A stretch of 64,000 nucleotides of DNA, from contig CAYTWA010000004.1 in NCBI GenBank assembly GCA_964441955.1, positions 149,541 to 213,540 on the forward strand, written 5' to 3'. Shown here piece after piece: positions 9,582 to 16,941 of the stretch. A model generated the notes under the pieces. The model did not search any database and had not been told where the DNA came from. It saw only the letters and a list, made by a program, of their open reading frames with translations. The position numbers and the translations under genes are program-made. This stretch comes from an uncultured Elusimicrobia bacterium (lineage in GTDB: Bacteria > Elusimicrobiota > Elusimicrobia > 2-01-FULL-59-12). Each line of letters starts with the position of its first letter. The stretch's first letter is position 1.

Positions 9582-10232
9582 GTGGCGGGGGTTTGTTTTG
9601 GGGTGCAGGGGCGGCCTCTTCATGTGCGCGCCTCCGATGGTGTCCAGCTGGAAGCCATTTGGATGGGGACCCCCAATCCTAAAGCGCGAGGGTGGATTTT
9701 GCTGCATGGCTTGGGGAGCATTAAGGAAGAGTGGACGCCTTTGACGGATAAGGCGGCGGGCCCCGGCGCGGCCTTTGCCCTGATGGATCTTCGGGGTCAT
9801 GGTAAAAGCGGAGGCCAGCGCGAGTGGAACAAGATGGCGGAAGACTTGGACCCGGTGATCGCGGAATTTTCGAAGGTAACGGGGATCCCCCGAAACCACA
9901 TTGGCGTGGGGGGTGCTAGCCTCGGGGCCAACTTGGCGCTCCGCTACGCGGCCGCGCATCCCGAAGTACCGGCGGTGGTGCTTTTATCCCCCGGCCTCGA
10001 ATACGCCGGAATCGGCATCGAAAAAGACTTTGCGCGTTACGGCACGCGCGCGCTCTTTATGGCCGCCAGCCCCCAAGACCCCTACGCCTTTGTCACCGTC
10101 CAACAATTCGCCCGCCGCCGCAACGACCCCGCCCTCCGCGTGGCCGTAGGCCAAGCCGCCCAGCACGGCGTCCAAATGCTCACCTCGGACTTCGAGAAAA
10201 CCCTCCAGGAGTGGATGCGCGTCCAACATTAA
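9582..10232 (+). CDS. Alpha/beta-fold hydrolase
   Basis: 216 aa with an 'LLHGLGS' oxyanion region, 'RGHGKS' and the nucleophile elbow 'GGASLGAN'. The GTG start is uncertain. Confidence 0.6.
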   Translation: MAGVCFGVQGRPLHVRASDGVQLEAIWMGTPNPKARGWILLHGLGSIKEEWTPLTDKAAGPGAAFALMDLRGHGKSGGQREWNKMAEDLDPVIAEFSKVTGIPRNHIGVGGASLGANLALRYAAAHPEVPAVVLLSPGLEYAGIGIEKDFARYGTRALFMAASPQDPYAFVTVQQFARRRNDPALRVAVGQAAQHGVQMLTSDFEKTLQEWMRVQH

Positions 10233-10245
10233 AGGGCGCTTCAGA

Positions 10246-10287
10246 GCTACTTCTTCAGCCGGTGCTCCGCGTTGGGGCCGGTGGGGG
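10246..10287 (-). repeat. 42-nt 3'-end repeat, copy 1 (encodes ...PTGPNAEHRLKK-stop)
   Basis: GCTACTTCTTCAGCCGGTGCTCCGCGTTGGGGCCGGTGGGGG matches 16061..16102 at 40 of 42 positions by hand alignment. Confidence 0.85.
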
Positions 10288-11467
10288 CGAATAAAGTTTC
10301 GTCGCCGCCCAAGCTCGGGGCCTGCCTCCAGCCCACGAAATGAATTCCGTCTTGAACCACGTTGCGGGTCCCTCCGTAAACCACAACCCCCGGTTGCTCT
10401 TGAGCCGCGGCGAGTTTTCGCCAATACGTGAGGTCTCGAGCCATTTCCGGCTGCACGGTCTGTGACGATTTAATTTCGATGGGAATGGGCGTTGCTTGAG
10501 TTTCTGATGGCATCAACACATCCACTTCATGCCCTGTTTGGTCACGCCAAAAATGAAGGTCTGCGGGTAGCCCCTGGTGAACGCGATGCTTCAGAAATTC
10601 TCCCATCACCCAGGTTTCAAACAACGCTCCCCGTAAAGGATGCGTCTCAAGGACCTCCGCTGTTCGAATGCCGAGCAGTGAGCAGGCCAACCCCGTATCG
10701 ATGAAATACAGCTTTGGCATTTTGATGATGCGCTTATTGAAGTTGGCATGATGCGGCGTGACGAGATGAATAATAAAACTCGCTTTTAGGATTCCGATCC
10801 AGGCTTGGATTGTGACGGGGCTCACCCCCACATCGGACGCAAGGCTTGCCGCGTTCAACAGTTGGCCGGTACGCCCCGCGCAGAGCTTTAAAAAACGTTG
10901 AAAGGTTTCCAAATTCCCAATGTTGCGCATCTGGCGGACATCGCGTTCCACGTAGGTTTGGATATAGGCGGAGTACCAGTCTTGAGAAGACACTGGCGAA
11001 TCAAACAGGCGCGGGTAAGCGCCATGAAGAAGGACCTCATCGAGTGTGGCAGGGCGTTTTTCGAGGGGCAGCTCATCCCACGCAAAGGGAAGCAATTCAT
11101 AAACCAAAATGCGGCCCGCCAGCGATTGAGAAACATTCTCCATCAAAAGAAAATGTTGGGATCCCGTTAGCACAAAAAGGCCCACCCGCCGTTTTTCATC
11201 CATCGCACTCTGCAGGTACGAAAACAGGGTGGGAACGCGCTGGACTTCATCGATGATGGCCCCATTTGGGAACCTGGACAAAAACGCGCGGGGGTCGCGG
11301 GTCGCCTCTTCGCGACTATCCAGAGGCTCTAACGTCACATAGGGTTTTTCGGGAAATAGGTTTCGAACCAAAGTCGACTTTCCCGACTGTCTCGGCCCAA
11401 CCACAACGACCGCTGGCATCGTTTCCATGGCCTTTCGAAGCTTTGTCGCCAGAGTTCTGGGGATCAT
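10247..11467 (-). CDS. AAA+ ATPase with DUF4143 domain, paralogue 2, with a repeat-derived C-terminal extension
   Basis: 406 aa with Walker A 'GPRQSGKST' and 'IIDEVQRVP'; 'LTGSQHFLL'. Relative to paralogues 1 and 3 it carries about 25 extra C-terminal residues ending '...PTGPNAEHRLKK'. These are encoded by the 42-nt repeat at 10246..10287. Confidence 0.8.
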   Translation of the reverse strand: MIPRTLATKLRKAMETMPAVVVVGPRQSGKSTLVRNLFPEKPYVTLEPLDSREEATRDPRAFLSRFPNGAIIDEVQRVPTLFSYLQSAMDEKRRVGLFVLTGSQHFLLMENVSQSLAGRILVYELLPFAWDELPLEKRPATLDEVLLHGAYPRLFDSPVSSQDWYSAYIQTYVERDVRQMRNIGNLETFQRFLKLCAGRTGQLLNAASLASDVGVSPVTIQAWIGILKASFIIHLVTPHHANFNKRIIKMPKLYFIDTGLACSLLGIRTAEVLETHPLRGALFETWVMGEFLKHRVHQGLPADLHFWRDQTGHEVDVLMPSETQATPIPIEIKSSQTVQPEMARDLTYWRKLAAAQEQPGVVVYGGTRNVVQDGIHFVGWRQAPSLGGDETLFAPTGPNAEHRLKK

Positions 11468-11598
11468 GAGAGGAGTATAGCCGAAGTTTGACCGATCAAC
11501 AATCCAATTATTGATTTGTAATACTAATTAAAAGTAATTGATAATTAGATATAAATAAAAAAATTAATTCTTTGATTGGCCGTAAATGGAGTCTATTT

Positions 11599-12210
11599 TT
11601 AGTCTAGACGTATACCGGCCGCTTGATGAAAAGCCTCGACAGCGGAAGCGAAGGGGAATGACGGGCCCCAGCAGCGCGGGCCGTACTTCTTTAGAAAAAA
11701 TTCAACTTGCTGGCGAAAAAGATGCAAAGCGCTAGACGGCGGGCTCTGCCGCAGCGCTTTCCCCCAGGCCGTGACGACTTTCTTCCAGGGCACGCGTCGG
11801 CGGTGGAACACCTGCGCCATGTCCTTCACATCTGAATCCAAAAAGCGCGTCATCTTTCCAATCGACCAATAGACGGGGTCCATGAGGGTGAGCTGAAGCG
11901 GCCCAAAGTGTTTGTAGGCGATGCGGTGCTTGCGGTAGTCGAGCAGAGAAATCATGCCCCATCGGTCGATGTTATCGGCAAAGTTGGCTTGGATGCCGGT
12001 TTCCATCGAGGCCACCGTCGCCGCATTTTCAACGCGCTGCCACAAGGCCGGGCTTTTTCGCCGCAAAGTCACTTCGAAATCGACGTCAAAACTGGGGCGA
12101 ATGCGCCCCCAGAACGCCCCAGCTCCGGCCCCCGTTAAAATCACGAGCGCCTCCTCGCCTAATTCACGAGAGAAGATCTTAAAGAATTGATCAATCTGGC
12201 GAGTGTTCAT
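11599..12210 (-). CDS. Minimal nucleotidyltransferase-fold protein (candidate toxin/effector of an Xre-NTase pair)
   Basis: 203 aa. 'LTGAGAGAFWGRIRPSFDVDFEV' resembles the G[SG]-x(n)-D-x-D signature of Pol-beta-type NTases. It overlaps the upstream Xre gene by 20 nt. Confidence 0.45.
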   Translation of the reverse strand: MNTRQIDQFFKIFSRELGEEALVILTGAGAGAFWGRIRPSFDVDFEVTLRRKSPALWQRVENAATVASMETGIQANFADNIDRWGMISLLDYRKHRIAYKHFGPLQLTLMDPVYWSIGKMTRFLDSDVKDMAQVFHRRRVPWKKVVTAWGKALRQSPPSSALHLFRQQVEFFLKKYGPRCWGPSFPFASAVEAFHQAAGIRLD

Positions 12211-12733
12211 GGGCTCGGCGCGTGGCTTCGTCTGAAATTTTATCCAGCAAGGCGTTCAAAACGGCTTTGGGGAGTTGATGCCGTAAAGTGAGCCCCCGTA
12301 ACGATTGAAGCCGTTTCGGCCGGGGCCGAGAGGCAAGGCCAATGCCGGCGGCCTCGAGGCGATGCCGCGTGAGTTCGCGCAGGTCTTGGGCGAGGGCCTG
12401 TTCATCCTTATGGGCGAGCGACCTTTCATAAACCACGGCGCGCGCCAGCCGGCCGAGCTGAGACCGGTCCAAGGTTAAGGCGGGTGTGGGTTCGGTGGGG
12501 GGCTGGCCATCCACCAAAAGCCCGGGGCGTATCATCAAGGCATGCGCCAGGGCGCGAATCGTGCGCAGGGATACCTCTCGCGCCCCGCGCTCAATGGCGG
12601 AGAGGTTGGGCCGTGGTATTCCAGCCGCTTGCGCCAGCGCTGCCTGTGTAAGCCCTTTGCGCATGCGCCACAAAAGCACCGTCTGTCCAAAGGGGAGCAT
12701 GCTCATATGTAGCATATTTACTACATTTAGCAA
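12191..12733 (-). CDS. Xre-family HTH protein with C-terminal extension (candidate antitoxin/regulator)
   Basis: 180 aa. 'LLWRMRKGLTQAALAQAAGIPRPNLSAIERGAREVSLRTIRALAHAL' is a canonical HTH_3/Xre motif. Several alternative Met starts lie in the first 12 codons. Confidence 0.7.
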   Translation of the reverse strand: MLNVVNMLHMSMLPFGQTVLLWRMRKGLTQAALAQAAGIPRPNLSAIERGAREVSLRTIRALAHALMIRPGLLVDGQPPTEPTPALTLDRSQLGRLARAVVYERSLAHKDEQALAQDLRELTRHRLEAAGIGLASRPRPKRLQSLRGLTLRHQLPKAVLNALLDKISDEATRRAHEHSPD

Positions 12734-12752
12734 GGCTGGTTTTAGGCCTGTT

Positions 12753-14630
12753 TTAAGCCGCAGCGAGAAGGGGGGGTCTTAGTTCTGGGCGTCGTTTCAG
12801 GAGTTCCCGAGAGAGCTGCTTTACTATTTGGTCAAACAATGAAACGCGGTGGTCGGGGTCTATTTTGTATTGCTCTAAGATGCCTAGCCTACGAAGGAGA
12901 TTTCCAATCGCATTGCGTTGATTTAAATAATCGCCCAAGGCATAAGAGTCGATTCCGCGCAAGGGAGTTAATAGCCAAATCATTTTGATCACCCGGGCGG
13001 CCACATAGGTTCCATGAACCGTTTCGGGGTGCACCGCGGAAGCTCTGATGTTGGGGTCGTAGATATCCACGTCACGAAAAGAAAGTGAGTTGTCGAGAGG
13101 ATTTTGTCCCTCATAAGAGGGCCGGCCCGACACATGAAATTGTCCCGAATAGAACATTAACAAGAGGCTATCGCTTCGACCGAACCGCCAGGGGCTTGCG
13201 GGGTCTGGGATCTGTTGAGCGTTGAGCCCTAAAAGTTTCGAAACCAAAAACGATTTTCCCGCTCCCATCCAACCAAACACGACAACAGCTTCTTCGTGGT
13301 CTCGGCTAACCACGTAATCGCCATGCCGAGGGTCAATAAGGATTTCTCCGCGAAAAATGGCGTGAACAATAGCGACTTGGCGTTGTGTAAGCGTTTGGAG
13401 GTTGAGTAGCCCCTCGAGGGATCGCGTCAATGTGCTAGCGGGCGCAATTTTTGAATTGCAGCGGTCTATGAGTTCCATGATTTCGGAGGGATGCAAACCC
13501 TCTAAATAGGGAACAGACTTAAACTTTAATCGGTTTTTCTCGGCTTCGCGAATGGAGGCAAGATCGCGCAGGAGCGCTTTTGAATTTTTTGAGTCGGCAT
13601 ACCGCATCAGTGTGGCCGCGTACGGGAGTGTTCTGGGGTCATCGTCGGCATTTAAAAAGCCAATGGCCATGGCGACATTTTGGATCTCCTCCTCCTCGGT
13701 GAGGTTTCTCAGTGCGCGGACGATGCGAGCGGAAGCGCCTGCGGTGCCGATTCGATCTTCCTGAAAGTGCCGGTAAACGCGAATGATGGTTTGATCTAGA
13801 GAACCAGAGGTTTGCGGAGTTTGGAGTGGCGGAAGCTGCTTTAGAAATCCTTCGATCCAGTTTTCTCGGTTCCAAGCGCTGATGAAGTGGTTGATTTTGT
13901 AAATGGTCGAAATCCAATTCTCCGAATGAAAACCCGTCTTGTTGAAGTTCGCTACTAGGTGAGCCACTTCATGCTGTAGCCATTGGTGGTACGCCGGAGG
14001 CTTTCGTTGGCGAAAGACGCGAAGGCGGTTGAGTTCATTTTCAGGAATGAGCAAATTGAGGGATCGGGGGTTACCCTGATCGTCTCGATAAGTGCCGGGG
14101 TGTGTTACTAATCGAAAAGAAGCGGGGAATTCAACCCCGACTTCTTGGCCTAACGCCCTCAAGCGCTGATAAAGCGCAAGGTCGTTCGGAACGTGAATGT
14201 GGAGAGGGAACACGCTGAATGATTTTCCAAGTTCACGGCGAACATCTTTATAAATTGGGTCCTCACCGCTCAGGCAGTTTGGATTGGAGTCCCAATGGTC
14301 CTTCCAGAATCGGTTGATGATTTGGTGCTCTTCCTCCGTCAACAAATATTGCCCAATTCCGTGGTGATCATGTAATGCAATGGCAGGCGCATAAGTGTGA
14401 GCGGATGCGGCACGCCATTCTCTCGAAATATTGGGATAGATTCCCAGGATCCGGCGGTGGGCAAAAACCAACCGTGCCGGCAGGGCCTCAGAAGCAAAGA
14501 CCGCCGGATGGGTTGTTGAAGGGGCTATGGAACCTGTGGACCGTTCCATGCCGTGTGCCGCCAGCAAAGGGCTTGTCAGCAGGCAAGGCATGAGAAGAAG
14601 GGCGATGAGGCGATGAAGACTCTTTGGCAT
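12753..14630 (-). CDS. Secreted orphan protein with HExxH motif and a Walker-A-like string
   Basis: 625 aa with a signal peptide (LIALLLMPCLLTSPLLAAHG). It contains 'WLQHEVAHLVANF' (HExxH) and 'FGWMGAGKSFLV'. By eye it is more AT-rich than its flanks. No family recognised. Confidence 0.5.
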   Translation of the reverse strand: MPKSLHRLIALLLMPCLLTSPLLAAHGMERSTGSIAPSTTHPAVFASEALPARLVFAHRRILGIYPNISREWRAASAHTYAPAIALHDHHGIGQYLLTEEEHQIINRFWKDHWDSNPNCLSGEDPIYKDVRRELGKSFSVFPLHIHVPNDLALYQRLRALGQEVGVEFPASFRLVTHPGTYRDDQGNPRSLNLLIPENELNRLRVFRQRKPPAYHQWLQHEVAHLVANFNKTGFHSENWISTIYKINHFISAWNRENWIEGFLKQLPPLQTPQTSGSLDQTIIRVYRHFQEDRIGTAGASARIVRALRNLTEEEEIQNVAMAIGFLNADDDPRTLPYAATLMRYADSKNSKALLRDLASIREAEKNRLKFKSVPYLEGLHPSEIMELIDRCNSKIAPASTLTRSLEGLLNLQTLTQRQVAIVHAIFRGEILIDPRHGDYVVSRDHEEAVVVFGWMGAGKSFLVSKLLGLNAQQIPDPASPWRFGRSDSLLLMFYSGQFHVSGRPSYEGQNPLDNSLSFRDVDIYDPNIRASAVHPETVHGTYVAARVIKMIWLLTPLRGIDSYALGDYLNQRNAIGNLLRRLGILEQYKIDPDHRVSLFDQIVKQLSRELLKRRPELRPPLLAAA

Positions 14631-14800
14631 AAGGTCTCAGAACGCGCGCCTAGCGGGTGAACGAGATGTCTTATTTTACGTCGGTGGGCCGCCTCAAAAC
14701 AGACCCAGATCCTCGTCCCAGACCGGCGCATCAAGCGTGGGTCTGAAGGCCTGTCCCTGAGCCCATGAGCACTTACGTCGAACCGCTCCTCCCGCGCTGT

Positions 14801-14821
14801 TCCGCCTAGGGGTCGGTGGGG
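14801..14821 (-). repeat. Partial (21-nt) copy of the 3'-end repeat, 5 nt downstream of the ATPase-3 stop codon
   Basis: TCCGCCTAGGGGTCGGTGGGG versus TCCGCGTTGGGGTCGGTGGGG at 16081..16101, matching at 19 of 21 positions. Confidence 0.6.
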
Positions 14822-14825
14822 AAGC

Positions 14826-15983
14826 TTATAGTCCCAGTGCTTCGAGGCCCTGCTGCCAGGGAAGGCAGCGGATTCCTTCAATCACTTTGGGTGTGGGGTC
14901 GAGCGATAGGCAAAAGGAGTGGCTGTTGGGAATGTCGGGTGCCAGGCGCCGCAGGGAAGAAAGATCGTCTCGTGTGATGTGGTCGGACGATTTAATTTCC
15001 ACCAGGGCTCGTGGCTGCCCGGGCCGTTCGATGATCAAATCAATCTCGACGTCATCTTTGGTTCGAAGGTAGGAAAACCGGAAATCTTTTTCGGCGTAGG
15101 ATTCCAGCCGTCGTATTTCGTTGATGACGAAGTGTTCAAAAATGGTTCCGTAAGCGTAGGTGTGGGGAAGCAGGTCCAACGTGAGCGTTTGCTGAAGCGC
15201 GCGTAAAACCCCCGTGTCAAAAAAATAAAACTTAGGGTTTTCCCGTTGGCGTTTTCGAATGGATTCGTGGAAAGGGTCCAGCAGAAAGCCCATCAGGGTG
15301 TCTTCGAGAATTTGAAAATAACCTTGAACGCTGGGGACGGTGGAGCCAATATCTCGAGCGATTTTCGAGAAATTAACGACTTGCCCGCTCATTTGAGCGG
15401 CCACCATCAAGAAGCGTCGGAACGGAGTTAAATTTCGTACGACTTGCTCTTGAATGATTTCCTCTTGGAGGTACGTTTGGGAATAGCTGCGCAAATACTT
15501 TCGTTTTTCTTCGTCACTTCCCAGTGACGTGAGGCGAGGAAGGCTCCCCCAGCGCAGCGCCTCATCGAGAGAAAAGGAAGACCCCATTTCTGTCGCCGTA
15601 AGGGGGTAGAGATGGTTTACGAAGGCGCGTCCAGCCAACAGATTCGTCCCGCCGCGTTTAAGCTTCCTGGCGCTAGACCCGGTCAAGGCGAAGAGGAAGC
15701 GTCCTTCCTCAATTTGTTGATGCGCCAAATCCAAAAACGCGGGGATCCTTTGAACCTCATCGATGATCACCCAGCGTGTTTCGCTTGGAAGAGCGGCCAG
15801 GCGTTCCTTGAGCGTTTTGGGATGCAGAGAAAGCGTTTCATAAACATCCGGATCCAAAAGATCGATGTAGTGAACCTTTACGCCTGAGAAGTGCTGCTTC
15901 AGGAGGTGTGTCTTCCCAGTCCCTCGGGGTCCCAAGAGGAAAAAGCTGGAATTTGATGGAGGTTTCAATAGTCTGTTAAACAC
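14826..15983 (-). CDS. AAA+ ATPase with DUF4143 domain, paralogue 3
   Basis: 385 aa with Walker A 'GPRGTGKTH' and 'VIIDEVQRIP'. 'LTGSSARKLKRGGTNLLAGRA' is nearly identical to the same segment of paralogue 1. Confidence 0.8.
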   Translation of the reverse strand: MFNRLLKPPSNSSFFLLGPRGTGKTHLLKQHFSGVKVHYIDLLDPDVYETLSLHPKTLKERLAALPSETRWVIIDEVQRIPAFLDLAHQQIEEGRFLFALTGSSARKLKRGGTNLLAGRAFVNHLYPLTATEMGSSFSLDEALRWGSLPRLTSLGSDEEKRKYLRSYSQTYLQEEIIQEQVVRNLTPFRRFLMVAAQMSGQVVNFSKIARDIGSTVPSVQGYFQILEDTLMGFLLDPFHESIRKRQRENPKFYFFDTGVLRALQQTLTLDLLPHTYAYGTIFEHFVINEIRRLESYAEKDFRFSYLRTKDDVEIDLIIERPGQPRALVEIKSSDHITRDDLSSLRRLAPDIPNSHSFCLSLDPTPKVIEGIRCLPWQQGLEALGL

Positions 15984-16060
15984 GATTTAAATTAGTCCGC
16001 CATTTATATACCATACGATAGGACTATAAGCCAGCTGTCTTTCCTTCCCAAATGCCATTG

Positions 16061-16102
16061 GCTACTTCTTCAGCCGGTACTCCGCGTTGGGGTCGGTGGG
16101 GG
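16061..16102 (-). repeat. 42-nt 3'-end repeat, copy 3 (encodes ...PTDPNAEYRLKK-stop)
   Basis: GCTACTTCTTCAGCCGGTACTCCGCGTTGGGGTCGGTGGGGG forms the last 12 codons plus the stop of the wHTH membrane protein. Confidence 0.85.
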
Positions 16103-16775
16103 ATTTGGCTTGGCGTTGGATGGCGCCGTCGTCTAGCATGGATTTGAGGAGCCGGGCCAAGGTGCGCGGGGCGATGTTGAGCGAATCGCGGATGTTGCCC
16201 GAACTGGCGTCGCCCTTCGACAAAAGATCGGCGATGCGCTGGCGATCCGCCTGATCCACGTCGCGCTCCGGGGCGCGCGGCCCTAGCCCTGCCCGAGAAG
16301 AGAGCGGTCGCGCGCGGCGGTACTGGCGAAACACATACGTTCCTGTAAAGAGCCCCAGCACGCTGATCGTTATTGAGGGCAACTCTGGGGGCATTGGGAA
16401 GGTGCTGTCCCATTGCCGCAATAGCCCGGCGAGGAGCAAGAGCCCTGTCCAAGCCACCAGTAAAGGGCCACCCTTTCGAAGCCGTTCTTGCCATGGAGAA
16501 TAGTCGGCCGGCTCCACGCCTTTAGCCCACGATTTCACCTCTTGGCCCCCGGCATAAGCCCCTAAGATCACCAAATACACCGTTTCCCAGCGATCCGGGG
16601 AAGCCATCGCGCCACGGGTTAATAGATACAGCAAATTCGAGCCCCAAACATAGGCCGATGCGCCAATGGCAATACGGCGTATCAAGGCTTGGCTGTCTTC
16701 TATTGTGGGGGGTGCTTCCAGTGGCTCTGCCATACGCGGCTGTATACCATACTTTCTTGGCATAGCCAATGGCAT
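16062..16775 (-). CDS. Membrane-tethered winged-helix DNA-binding protein (4 predicted TM helices plus a C-terminal wHTH)
   Basis: 237 aa with four hydrophobic helices, then 'RQRIADLLSKGDASSGNIRDSLNIAPRTLARLLKSMLDDGAIQRQ...AEYRLKK'. The first 14 codons overlap the operator repeats, so ATG 16733 (MAEPLE...) is a plausible alternative start. Confidence 0.55.
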   Translation of the reverse strand: MPLAMPRKYGIQPRMAEPLEAPPTIEDSQALIRRIAIGASAYVWGSNLLYLLTRGAMASPDRWETVYLVILGAYAGGQEVKSWAKGVEPADYSPWQERLRKGGPLLVAWTGLLLLAGLLRQWDSTFPMPPELPSITISVLGLFTGTYVFRQYRRARPLSSRAGLGPRAPERDVDQADRQRIADLLSKGDASSGNIRDSLNIAPRTLARLLKSMLDDGAIQRQAKSPTDPNAEYRLKK

Positions 16776-16845
16776 AGCAATTAAGGCCCCCTATTTCGAC
16801 GATAGTTCGCCTCATCTATGCCAAGCTATGCCAATATGGCATAGC
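16758..16845. promoter_or_regulatory. Operator-like array of five TGGCATAGC half-sites, including a perfect 9-3-9 palindrome
   Basis: TGGCATAGC occurs at 16758 and 16770 as direct copies. cTATGCCA occurs at 16816. GCTATGCCA-ATA-TGGCATAGC spans 16825..16845. The array lies in the divergent region between the wHTH membrane gene and the hsp20 genes, and the palindrome ends 8 nt before the -35 box. Confidence 0.5.
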
Positions 16846-16852
16846 TACCCTC

Positions 16853-16881
16853 TTGACAGAGGGAACCACCTCGGCTATATA
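16853..16881 (+). promoter_or_regulatory. Sigma70-type promoter for the hsp20 tandem
   Basis: TTGACA (16853..16858), a 17-nt spacer, then TATATA (16876..16881). An AAGGAGG SD follows 8 nt before ATG 16942. Confidence 0.5.
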
Positions 16882-16941
16882 TTTGTTAGCAATCGTAGCT
16901 GTAGATTGCCAATATCAAAATCAAAAAAGGAGGAAGTGGTT

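Noticed and set aside
11541-11553. An identical 13-mer, ATAATTAGATATA, in the two most AT-rich spacers (11541..11553 and 45104..45116).
   Set aside because: It is a single short match between two low-complexity AT-rich regions. By rough reasoning this is not clearly beyond chance, and the flanks do not align. It is worth a genome-wide motif count but is not reportable as a feature.
13195-13260. Treating the Walker-A-like 'GWMGAGKS' in the 625-aa secreted protein as proof of an NTPase domain.
   Set aside because: No convincing Walker B or other NTPase motif follows it. The protein also has a signal peptide. I keep it only as a question in the findings, not as an annotation.
16024-16494. 156-aa ORF in an alternative frame overlapping the wHTH membrane gene, plus 16522..16815 (-).
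   Set aside because: The products are Arg/Pro/Ala-rich with no hydrophobic core. The 16062..16775 frame gives coherent TM helices and a wHTH, so these are shadow ORFs.
16666-16941. The N-terminal 92 codons of the tracked ORF 16666..17382, as an extended Hsp20.
   Set aside because: The extension runs through the operator repeats and the promoter. A strong AAGGAGG SD precedes ATG 16942, and the alpha-crystallin protein is complete from there.
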